NCBI GenBank assembly: GCA_040954595.2
Contig: CM082577.2
Location: 15,383,903 to 15,447,902, forward strand
From: Balanoglossus misakiensis
Taxonomy: Eukaryota > Animalia > Hemichordata
Direction of reading: 5' to 3'
Length of the DNA stretch: 64,000 nt
Shown piece by piece: positions 37,053 to 48,900 of the stretch. Position numbers and translations under genes: made by a program. The notes beneath the pieces are model-generated. The model was not told the origin of the DNA and did not search any database. It saw only the letters and a program-made list of their open reading frames with translations. How positions within the stretch are numbered: the first letter of the stretch is position 1; each line of letters begins with the position of its first letter.

Positions 37053-38186
37053 ATGGAACAAACGAACGAACGACTTCACGTTCGGAAAAAAAATCGTTGC
37101 GAGCTGTTGGGTGCATGCCTCTATAGTTGTCGGCAACCGTTCTTTTTTATTGCTAAACAATGCTGTCAGAGCATGGAAGGTGTGGTGGAAAACGAACAGA
37201 GGTTTTGTACGACCAACGATTGGATGGTGCTACATATGGACTTCCACAAGTCATTGCCGGTTCCTAAACTCAGCTCTGAAGACTTTTACTTTAAATCGAA
37301 ATTGCAAATGAAGCTCCTTGGAATTTACAACGGGACAACGGAAAAGATGCATTGTTATGTATGGACAGAGCTCGATAGCAGAAAGTCTCCCGATGAAGTT
37401 ATTACCTGTCTAAATCACTTTTTTTATAACTCGGGTGTGACCAGCAGACATGCAGTTATTTACAGCGACAACTGCCGTGCCGAATTCAAGTGTGGGAAGT
37501 TAATGTTTTACTATGACTATCTGTTACGAAAGGGCGTGTTTCGACGAATTGACTATAAAACTCTTGTGGCTGGACACACGTACTCCACCTGTGACCGAGT
37601 TTTTGCGTCCATTGAAAGGCATGCAAGTCGTTTCCAGAGTATAGAGACACCTCACGATTGGACATCTGTGATTCGAGGATCTTCTCTGAATGGGAACATT
37701 GGAGTTACGGAGATGACTCACAGAGACTTTTTCAATTATTCTGATTTCCTGAAAAATGAGTACGTTGTGCGTTATGCAGATACAAACAATGTAACTTTTT
37801 ACTACCAAGCCATGCACTATTTTAATTTTGGAGAAGGAGAAAGGCTTGATACCGACGGCAACCTCAGAACATTTAGTCATGCAGATAAAGTTTGGGTGAG
37901 AACATCTCTAGATCCAAGCGAGACCCCGATTGTAGTCGACTTTAGAAAGAAGAAGCAGAACCGGCGTTTACAAGATTGTACGCTGAACAAACTTTATCAG
38001 GAACGTCGACCACTGGCGAGCAAAGTTTGGCGGGATCTTCAGAGTTTAGCCAAAAATTACCTGTCTCCGGAGGCAATAGAATTTTATAGGAATCTACCGC
38101 TTCAGGAGAGTAGTGGCACCTCTGCAGACCCGTACGCCTTTCATGATGATGACGACGACGATGATGATGATATGGGCGGTGGTTGA
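37053..38186 (+). CDS. Sola1-like transposase catalytic half, copy 2
   Basis: Protein identical to copy 1. Confidence 0.85.
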   Translation: MEQTNERLHVRKKNRCELLGACLYSCRQPFFFIAKQCCQSMEGVVENEQRFCTTNDWMVLHMDFHKSLPVPKLSSEDFYFKSKLQMKLLGIYNGTTEKMHCYVWTELDSRKSPDEVITCLNHFFYNSGVTSRHAVIYSDNCRAEFKCGKLMFYYDYLLRKGVFRRIDYKTLVAGHTYSTCDRVFASIERHASRFQSIETPHDWTSVIRGSSLNGNIGVTEMTHRDFFNYSDFLKNEYVVRYADTNNVTFYYQAMHYFNFGEGERLDTDGNLRTFSHADKVWVRTSLDPSETPIVVDFRKKKQNRRLQDCTLNKLYQERRPLASKVWRDLQSLAKNYLSPEAIEFYRNLPLQESSGTSADPYAFHDDDDDDDDDMGGG

Positions 38187-38584
38187 ATAAACTGTCCTTT
38201 TCATGACGACAGTGATTTTGGATATTTGATGTGCGTGCACAGTTTATATGTAATATTTTCACACGAACGAGTTTTGACTGAATTTGATTAAAGAATGTAC
38301 TCGATAATTAACAAATGTGCTGAATCGTGGTTATTATGTTGTTAATTTTTGTTTGTTTGTTTGTTTGTTTGTTTGTTTGTTTGTTTGTAAACAATTTCCG
38401 TTCATTCAACTGGCTACAAAGTTGGATTTTTGTACTGGGAAGCGATAAACTCGCACATCAAAACCGGGGAGACTCGATCATTTTTCCCTGCAGGTAGCCT
38501 GAAAAGCACCCGGGCAGAGATTACGTCATATATGGTCCACTTTAATACGAAATTATGCAAATGTGACATTTCACGGAAACGGCG

Positions 38585-38593
38585 TATATAAAA
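38585..38593 (+). promoter_or_regulatory. TATA box, copy 2
   Basis: TATATAAAA upstream of ATG 38686. Confidence 0.6.
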
Positions 38594-38685
38594 GCGACCC
38601 TGGGCTATTGTTCGGAATGCGTCATCGACGAGAGAGTGACTGATAATTCTTCTACCTCGAGTCAACCATTCTGTATATACTGAAC

Positions 38686-40023
38686 ATGGCTAGCTGGCGC
38701 AGGAAGAGACAAGGCAATGTGCGGTCTGTAATCAACGAACGGCACCGCTCAGTTCAGTGTCCCTTTCTTCAAAAGTGGATCGGTGAGCAATTGGTATTTT
38801 CAGGTCGTTCAGAGGATGAAGTCCAGTCCAGTACTGTATTTGAGAGCTACAAATGTTGGGTTGAAAACTATTCGTCGGCGGACAATCAAGTAATGATTAT
38901 GGTTACTAAAGCTCGATTTTTCAAGGTGAGAATGATCGCATTTTTCTTTCCCCCCCCCCCCCTCCCTCCCTCCCTCCCCCAAGGGACTCGTTTTCTGTCT
39001 CTTTTAAACCTGTAACTTAACGAAAAGGAAGTTTTTCACATATCTCTTCGTTGACACTATAGCAATTTGGAGCGCGGATGCTTCAAGAGAAGAGCGTTAC
39101 CAAATCAAAGTCGGCCGGGGTTAATATTTATAGAGGTGTTCGTCTGAAAGCTGGTTCGCGAAGAATCTCAACGGGGAAACCTGAGCACAGTGTACTTCAG
39201 ACCAGGGCAAGGGCATTTCTTGATGACGCCAGCGTGACCGTTCCGATCGAGGTAAGAATGGTGTTTTGTTTGGACTAGGACAATAGAACGTTGCAATGAG
39301 TGTGTCAATGGGTGTCCAAGTGCAAACGTGGTCTGCTTCTGTCCACAAATGCCATTAATTTTTGGCAGGATTTATAAAATTGTCAATGAAGAATACAAAA
39401 ATGAAAAACAACAGTTAATAGCAAACTGGTAGGATTGCAAGGGCTTGTAAAACGGTACACACTGTACCAGGAAGTTTGCAACACTAATGAAGAATGTATA
39501 TGATATATTTAGGTGAGAACTGTTCGCGATCGCCGGGACGCAGGACGGTGCGCGTTTTCGACGAGGGATATTCAAGCCTGGGACGTCGTCTGCGAATACC
39601 GGGGCACGGTTATTAGCGTTGAAGAAGCTAGTCGGCGTGATGAGCTTTACAGGGCAGAGGGGAAACGACCACGCATGTTCCATCTCTACATTGGAAAGAG
39701 ACACGTTGTGTGAGTGTATCACTTAGTCGAATATATGGTCATATATTGCAAAGCATCTGTCGAAATAGAAAACGTAATATTGTCTATATTTTCCTCATTA
39801 ACGCAGCATTGACGGATACGATGTCCCAGCCGGTGAAGAAAATTTAGCAGGCCTAATAAATCACAGTCAGCAGAACGCCAACTTGGTACCGGTTCGGATC
39901 GGAGAGCGCCTGGTTTTCTTTGCAACCAGGAATCTTTGTCAGGGAGTAGAGCTTTTGTATGATTACGGTGACGGGGGTGAAGAGGATTTCTTCAGTGGTT
40001 CTCAAACTTTTCCTGAAAATTAA
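38686..40023 (+). CDS. wHTH-SETD8-like methyltransferase, copy 2. Exons 38686-38925, 39063-39251, 39513-39709, 39807-40023
   Basis: Same splice sites and frame as copy 1. The only length difference (2 bp) falls in the C-rich tract of intron 1, as expected if the intron call is right. Confidence 0.88.
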
Positions 40024-40926
40024 GGCATTAACACATCAACGCTTCGGGGTGTCGTAACGGCGGCGCGGCGGGGGGGGGGGGGACGTGAAAATGTTTGTAT
40101 CAGGAACAAAATTCCCGTGCAAATCACCTTGATCCGGGTGGGTGGACTATTCGCGACAAATGTTGAAATCATACAAAGCATTTTACTTAATTAACCCATT
40201 TTTTTCATTTATTTGTTTACAGTTTACAACGTCATAGAGAAGTTGAACTAGAGACTGGATCAGCGTGGGTGACACCATAGTACACCAATGTTTTCTTCAG
40301 TTTGATTCAATTGTAATTTAAAACTGAGATTGCCTAACGCTTTCCCAGATTTTTTTAACCACTGAGAAACTGTGGGTTTTTTTCTGGGTTTTGGTGCGAG
40401 GTGATCTCAGTCAGTGGTGTTAATTTAATTAATCATTTTCTTTTCCTATTTACGTCGACTGAAATGTATTTTGATAGGTGATAGTCATACCATAAAAAAA
40501 ATCTTACGGCGCGACTGCCAAAATGTACATTTATTTGTCCGTTCCAAGTTATTTTGTGTATGTGTGATGGGTGCCGGTGACTGTGCAGGGTTGATTTCCC
40601 TAGAGCGACTGTTATATTCGTTTTCCAACGATGATGAATTTACATGTTATTTGCTTGGCATTTTGACGCAGAGACACTTCTGAAAACACAAACCTATTAA
40701 TTATGCCACGGGTGTAAATTGATCACATTAAAAGAGGCTTTAGACGTTTGCCGCGAGCTCCTGGTGGGCAGAATCTTGTCAGCCCAAATTTGACTATAAG
40801 TACATAGCCAATGATGTGACGCTCTCCCACATCCTTCGCCGCGCCTTTTCGCTGATTTACAGCATCTTGCGTAAACACTGTCATTTGATCTTGCTTGGCA
40901 GAAGTCAACTTGCTCTATACTACATT

Positions 40927-41292
40927 ATGGCGGCCAAGCTCAACTGCATATCAGATAATGCCAAGGAGCGTTTGAGAGGCATCCTCGCCAGAAGGAGTCG
41001 CGTTTCCGGTGACTGTGTGCTCTGGACGGGTGCAGCTTGTCGAAACGGCTATGGCTCTATTACGTTCAGAGATGAGAACACTCTAACCGCCTATGTCCAT
41101 CACATTGCACTCCTAATTAACGGAGTGCAATTGGTGGGCAGGCGGTTAGAGTGTTCTCATCTTTGCAACGAAAAGCTATGCATCCGCCCAGAGCACATTG
41201 TCCAGGAAACGCGACTCCTAAACATTTCACGAAAGACGTGCTTTAAATCCCCAAAAGGGGAGTGTCACCACGATCCCAGGTGCCTAAGGTGA
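40927..41292 (+). CDS. His-Me finger endonuclease, copy 2
   Basis: Protein identical to copy 1. Confidence 0.85.
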   Translation: MAAKLNCISDNAKERLRGILARRSRVSGDCVLWTGAACRNGYGSITFRDENTLTAYVHHIALLINGVQLVGRRLECSHLCNEKLCIRPEHIVQETRLLNISRKTCFKSPKGECHHDPRCLR

Positions 41293-42271
41293 GTAATCCT
41301 CTTCTCATTTGATATGTATTGTGTGACCCTGCAGTTGAAACGCTTTCATCAATAATTTGCGGCGCGTGGGTAATCTCGGTGTTATTGACAATGCAGCCGG
41401 CCCAAACATTTTTAAATTAACACTGTTTCTGACTGTATTAACGAAATGTCCAATTTGCAAGTAGCCTATAGACAACCCTTTTGAATGAGTTTTGTCTCGT
41501 TGAGATTTTATACATAAGGAACAATCTAGATTTATTTTAGAAGACACTGTTCTTTTAAAACAGCTAGCATAATACAGCTAAATTTCGGAATTTCCGGACA
41601 ATTTTCGGAATTCCTTTTAAATTTGAGAAATTTTTCATCAGATATAAGTGTTACTATTTATTGGACATGTTTTTATCATTGTTTACTTTTTAAGGTCATT
41701 CTCACCCCCCCCCCCCCCAAAAAAAGCCGCTTTAGGCTTCATGTTCAGTAAAAAATCTGGAAAGTTCAGCTGAATTTTACACTGATCACACATTTTTGGG
41801 AAGGTCTGGCGCAAAATAAAGGATGACAAATGTAAATCTAATGTCACATTTGTAAACCTCTAAGTATTGTACACTCATTCTATTAAGTATATGCAAATAG
41901 TACGGATAATTTTTTCGGAATGTGGAATTCCGAAATTAGTTCGGAACGTGTTAGCAGTGAAGAGATCACCACTGAGGGTTGGAAGGCCTTGCCAGAAATT
42001 AACGCGTAAAGTACGCCCTCACAGGCCATGTAAACAAGGTCAAATAAGGCCGTCTGGCAAACGAATGATTAATTCAACGCGCCATTTGAGCCGAGCTGAG
42101 TTGGTCTGAGTTGCGTATCACACAGACTTAGGCTGAATGTCAGTGGAGTAACCAGTCCGTTTTAGATTTACCAATGATGTGAATTTAATTTCTTCACCCA
42201 GAAAAACAGAACACAACTTGTCTGCAACATGATGCTGGAGGTGACACATGACAGAGAAGTGGATCCGCGTT

Positions 42272-42609
42272 GTCAACACAGATGCCAGCATTCAAAAGGG
42301 GAGTGCCACCTGCTAAAATCAACTCATCTGCTGTTGGCCCATTTTACCTGTGGCAACTGTTCAGAGGAGACAACGTTTATTCCGTGCAAGCCAACACGCA
42401 ATGTTGGGGTCTACCTGTCAACACAGATGCAAGCATTCATGTGAGTGAGTATCAGGACTGACCTTGTATTTGCTGAATAATTCATAATGCCTATTTTAGA
42501 ATTCTTAGAGGCATTTGGAGTTCATTGCCTGGTCAACCAAACTACACCCCTTAACAGCTGAAACAAAATGCGTATTGTGTTCATTCATTCATTGCATCAA
42601 TATATATAG
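42272..42609 (+). repeat. Diverged satellite monomer inside cassette copy 2
   Basis: Same as 10481-10818. Confidence 0.85.
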
Positions 42610-42912
42610 GCAACATGAGTATCAAGTAGCACTATTTGTTTACGATTGTATTCATGAAAACTTCCCACTAACAATTCCACAGTTAATATTGAACACATTT
42701 ATCCAACAAGGTCAAAAGAAAAAGGGAATCTTCTGGTTCCAAAATACGCCACAAATGTGGGTCAACATACAGTGAAATATTATGGTGCTCAAATATGCAA
42801 CATATCAAATCTGTCTCATCAAAGTCATGCTTTAAAAAAGAATTGAAAAGGTATTATTTATCCATTTGACTGCTGTATTTTCAGAAGGAAAACAAACTGA
42901 ATTTGGTTTTTC

Positions 42913-45900
42913 AAGTACCTTATATTTTCTGTAAAATAGACATTTAATTGGCAAGCCGTCCTGCATCAATTATTAATTGTGTACATGCACTAAAGCGCCC
43001 TCACTGCTGGGTGTGTTGTATGGTCTTTAACCCTGTTTCAAATTAGAGTACTTTCTGCAATTTCAAGACAGATCTTACGTGCCATTGGAGAGCTCCATTG
43101 ACTGGTCATTCATACTGTTTTCATTCATTCATTGCGGCATCAATATATTTTATCTATTCTAGCCAAAGAGCTTGGCACCTGTTGAAATGAACTCATCTGC
43201 TGTGGGCCAGTTTATTGGTGGCAGTTGAGCTGAGGAGAGCACCTTCCTTCCCGGCACGCCACCAAGTAAAGTTCCACGCCGCCCACCACAGATGCCAGCA
43301 TTCATTCATGCGAGTGAGTGTAATTGCAAATTTGCCTATTCTAGATCTGTAATGGAAATGGAGAAAGTACCTTATATTTTCTGTAAAATAGACATTTAAT
43401 TGGCAAGCCGTCCTGCATCAATTATTAATTGTGTACATGCACTAAAGCGCCCTCACTGCTGGGTGTGTTGTATGGTCTTTAACCCTGTTTCAAATTAGAG
43501 TACTTTCTGCAATTTCAAGACAGATCTTACGTGCCATTGGAGAGCTCCATTGACTGGTCATTCATACTGTTTTCATTCATTCATTGCGGCATCAATATAT
43601 TTTATCTATTCTAGCCAAAGAGCTTGGCACCTGTTGAAATGAACTCATCTGCTGTGGGCCAGTTTATTGGTGGCAGTTGAGCTGAGGAGAGCACCTTCCT
43701 TCCCGGCACGCCACCAAGTAAAGTTCCACGCCGCCCACCACAGATGCCAGCATTCATTCATGCGAGTGAGTGTAATTGCAAATTTGCCTATTCTAGATCT
43801 GTAATGGAAATGGAGAAAGTACCTTATATTTTCTGTAAAATAGACATTTAATTGGCAAGCCGTCCTGCATCAATTATTAATTGTGTACATGCACTAAAGC
43901 GCCCTCACTGCTGGGTGTGTTGTATGGTCTTTAACCCTGTTTCAAATTAGAGTACTTTCTGCAATTTCAAGACAGATCTTACGTGCCATTGGAGAGCTCC
44001 ATTGACTGGTCATTCATACTGTTTTCATTCATTCATTGCGGCATCAATATATTTTATCTATTCTAGCCAAAGAGCTTGGCACCTGTTGAAATGAACTCAT
44101 CTGCTGTGGGCCAGTTTATTGGTGGCAGTTGAGCTGAGGAGAGCACCTTCCTTCCCGGCACGCCACCAAGTAAAGTTCCACGCCGCCCACCACAGATGCC
44201 AGCATTCATTCATGCGAGTGAGTGTAATTGCAAATTTGCCTATTCTAGATCTGTAATGGAAATGGAGAAAGTACCTTATATTTTCTGTAAAATAGACATT
44301 TAATTGGCAAGCCGTCCTGCATCAATTATTAATTGTGTACATGCACTAAAGCGCCCTCACTGCTGGGTGTGTTGTATGGTCTTTAACCCTGTTTCAAATT
44401 AGAGTACTTTCTGCAATTTCAAGACAGATCTTACGTGCCATTGGAGAGCTCCATTGACTGGTCATTCATACTGTTTTCATTCATTCATTGCGGCATCAAT
44501 ATATTTTATCTATTCTAGCCAAAGAGCTTGGCACCTGTTGAAATGAACTCATCTGCTGTGGGCCAGTTTATTGGTGGCAGTTGAGCTGAGGAGAGCACCT
44601 TCCTTCCCGGCACGCCACCAAGTAAAGTTCCACGCCGCCCACCACAGATGCCAGCATTCATTCATGCGAGTGAGTGTAATTGCAAATTTGCCTATTCTAG
44701 ATCTGTAATGGAAATGGAGAAAGTACCTTATATTTTCTGTAAAATAGACATTTAATTGGCAAGCCGTCCTGCATCAATTATTAATTGTGTACATGCACTA
44801 AAGCGCCCTCACTGCTGGGTGTGTTGTATGGTCTTTAACCCTGTTTCAAATTAGAGTACTTTCTGCAATTTCAAGACAGATCTTACGTGCCATTGGAGAG
44901 CTCCATTGACTGGTCATTCATACTGTTTTCATTCATTCATTGCGGCATCAATATATTTTATCTATTCTAGCCAAAGAGCTTGGCACCTGTTGAAATGAAC
45001 TCATCTGCTGTGGGCCAGTTTATTGGTGGCAGTTGAGCTGAGGAGAGCACCTTCTTTCCCGGCACGCCACCAAGTAAAGTTCCACGCCGCCCACCACAGA
45101 TGCCAGCATTCATTCATGCGAGTGAGTGTAATTGCAAATTTGCCTATTTACGTGCCATTGGAGAGCTCCATTGACTGGTCATTCATACTGTTTTCATTCA
45201 TTCATTGCGGCATCAATATATTTTATCTATTCTAGCCAAAGAGCTTGGCACCTGTTGAAATGAACTCATCTGCTGTGGGCCAGTTTATTGGTGGCAGTTG
45301 AGCTGAGGAGAGCACCTTCCTTCCCGGCACGCCACCAAGTAAAGTTCCACGCCGCCCACCACAGATGCCAGCATTCATTCATGCGAGTGAGTGTAATTGC
45401 AAATTTGCCTATTCTAGATCTGTAATGGAAATGGAGAAAGTACCTTATATTTTCTGTAAAATAGACATTTAATTGGCAAGCCGTCCTGCATCAATTATTA
45501 ATTGTGTACATGCACTAAAGCGCCCTCACTGCTGGGTGTGTTGTATGGTCTTTAACCCTGTTTCAAATTAGAGTACTTTCTGCAATTTCAAGACAGATCT
45601 TACGTGCCATTGGAGAGCTCCATTGACTGGTCATTCATACTGTTTTCATTCATTCATTGCGGCATCAATATATTTTATCTATTCTAGCCAAAGAGCTTGG
45701 CACCTGTTGAAATGAACTCATCTGCTGTGGGCCAGTTTATTGGTGGCAGTTGAGCTGAGGAGAGCACCTTCCTTCCCGGCACGCCACCAAGTAAAGTTCC
45801 ACGCCGCCCACCACAGATGCCAGCATTCATTCATGCGAGTGAGTGTAATTGCAAATTTGCCTATTCTAGAATTCTTACGTGCCATTGGAGAGCTCCATTG

Positions 45901-48900
45901 ACTGGTCATTCATACTGTTTTCATTCATTCATTGCGGCATCAATATATTTTATCTATTCTAGCCAAAGAGCTTGGCACCTGTTGAAATGAACTCATCTGC
46001 TGTGGGCCAGTTTATTGGTGGCAGTTGAGCTGAGGAGAGCACCTTCCTTCCCGGCACGCCACCAAGTAAAGTTCCACGCCGCCCACCACAGATGCCAGCA
46101 TTCATTCATGCGAGTGAGTGTAATTGCAAATTTGCCTATTCTAGATCTGTAATGGAAATGGAGAAAGTACCTTATATTTTCTGTAAAATAGACATTTAAT
46201 TGGCAAGCCGTCCTGCATCAATTATTAATTGTGTACATGCACTAAAGCGCCCTCACTGCTGGGTGTGTTGTATGGTCTTTAACCCTGTTTCAAATTAGAG
46301 TACTTTCTGCAATTTCAAGACAGATCTTACGTGCCATTGGAGAGCTCCATTGACTGGTCATTCATACTGTTTTCATTCATTCATTGCGGCATCAATATAT
46401 TTTATCTATTCTAGCCAAAGAGCTTGGCACCTGTTGAAATGAACTCATCTGCTGTGGGCCAGTTTATTGGTGGCAGTTGAGCTGAGGAGAGCACCTTCTT
46501 TCCCGGCACGCCACCAAGTAAAGTTCCACGCCGCCCACCACAGATGCCAGCATTCATTCATGCGAGTGAGTGTAATTGCAAATTTGCCTATTCTAGAATC
46601 TTACGTGCCATTGGAGAGCTCCATTGACTGGTCATTCATACTGTTTTCATTCATTCATTGCGGCATCAATATATTTTATCTATTCTAGCCAAAGAGCTTG
46701 GCACCTGTTGAAATGAACTCATCTGCTGTGGGCCAGTTTATTGGTGGCAGTTGAGCTGAGGAGAGCACCTTCTTTCCCGGCACGCCACCAAGTAAAGTTC
46801 CACGCCGCCCACCACAGATGCCAGCATTCATTCATGCGAGTGAGTGTAATTGCAAATTTGCCTATTTACGTGCCATTGGAGAGCTCCATTGACTGGTCAT
46901 TCATACTGTTTTCATTCATTCATTGCGGCATCAATATATTTTATCTATTCTAGCCAAAGAGCTTGGCACCTGTTGAAATGAACTCATCTGCTGTGGGCCA
47001 GTTTATTGGTGGCAGTTGAGCTGAGGAGAGCACCTTCCTTCCCGGCACGCCACCAAGTAAAGTTCCACGCCGCCCACCACAGATGCCAGCATTCATTCAT
47101 GCGAGTGAGTGTAATTGCAAATTTGCCTATTCTAGATCTGTAATGGAAATGGAGAAAGTACCTTATATTTTCTGTAAAATAGACATTTAATTGGCAAGCC
47201 GTCCTGCATCAATTATTAATTGTGTACATGCACTAAAGCGCCCTCACTGCTGGGTGTGTTGTATGGTCTTTAACCCTGTTTCAAATTAGAGTACTTTCTG
47301 CAATTTCAAGACAGATCTTACGTGCCATTGGAGAGCTCCATTGACTGGTCATTCATACTGTTTTCATTCATTCATTGCGGCATCAATATATTTTATCTAT
47401 TCTAGCCAAAGAGCTTGGCACCTGTTGAAATGAACTCATCTGCTGTGGGCCAGTTTATTGGTGGCAGTTGAGCTGAGGAGAGCACCTTCTTTCCCGGCAC
47501 GCCACCAAGTAAAGTTCCACGCCGCCCACCACAGATGCCAGCATTCATTCATGCGAGTGAGTGTAATTGCAAATTTGCCTATTCTAGAATCTTACGTGCC
47601 ATTGGAGAGCTCCATTGACTGGTCATTCATACTGTTTTCATTCATTCATTGCGGCATCAATATATTTTATCTATTCTAGCCAAAGAGCTTGGCACCTGTT
47701 GAAATGAACTCATCTGCTGTGGGCCAGTTTATTGGTGGCAGTTGAGCTGAGGAGAGCACCTTCTTTCCCGGCACGCCACCAAGTAAAGTTCCACGCCGCC
47801 CACCACAGATGCCAGCATTCATTCATGCGAGTGAGTGTAATTGCAAATTTGCCTATTCTAGAATCTTACGTGCCATTGGAGAGCTCCATTGACTGGTCAT
47901 TCATACTGTTTTCATTCATTCATTGCGGCATCAATATATTTTATCTATTCTAGCCAAAGAGCTTGGCACCTGTTGAAATGAACTCATCTGCTGTGGGCCA
48001 GTTTATTGGTGGCAGTTGAGCTGAGGAGAGCACCTTCCTTCCCGGCACGCCACCAAGTAAAGTTCCACGCCGCCCACCACAGATGCCAGCATTCATTCAT
48101 GCGAGTGAGTGTAATTGCAAATTTGCCTATTCTAGAATCTTACGTGCCATTGGAGAGCTCCATTGACTGGTCATTCATACTGTTTTCATTCATTCATTGC
48201 GGCATCAATATATTTTATCTATTCTAGCCAAAGAGCTTGGCACCTGTTGAAATGAACTCATCTGCTGTGGGCCAGTTTATTGGTGGCAGTTGAGCTGAGG
48301 AGAGCACCTTCCTTCCCGGCACGCCACCAAGTAAAGTTCCACGCCGCCCACCACAGATGCCAGCATTCATTCATGCGAGTGAGTGTAATTGCAAATTTGC
48401 CTATTCTAGAATCTTACGTGCCATTGGAGAGCTCCATTGACTGGTCATTCATACTGTTTTCATTCATTCATTGCGGCATCAATATATTTTATCTATTCTA
48501 GCCGAAGAGCTTGGCACCTGTTGAAATGAACTCATCTGCTGTGGGCCAGTTTATTGGTGGCAGTTGAGCTGAGGAGAGCACCTTCCTTCCCGGCACGCCA
48601 CCAAGTAAAGTTCCACGCCGCCCACCACAGATGCCAGCATTCATTCATGCGAGTGAGTGTAATTGCAAATTTGCCTATTCTAGATCTGTAATGGAAATGG
48701 AGAAAGTACCTTATATTTTCTGTAAAATAGACATTTAATTGGCAAGCCGTCCTGCATCAATTATTAATTGTGTACATGCACTAAAGCGCCCTCACTGCTG
48801 GGTGTGTTGTATGGTCTTTAACCCTGTTTCAAATTAGAGTACTTTCTGCAATTTCAAGACAGATCTTACGTGCCATTGGAGAGCTCCATTGACTGGTCAT

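Larger units (their letters stand above)
34760..43071. mobile_element. Composite DNA-transposon-like cassette, copy 2
   Basis: Same content and identical junctions as copy 1, offset 31,788-31,795 bp. Differs by a few SNPs and homopolymer lengths. Confidence 0.7.

Noticed and set aside
34760-42912. Second cassette as a pure assembly artefact
   Set aside because: Several non-homopolymer SNPs and different flanking monomer orders argue for a real copy, though only long reads can settle this.
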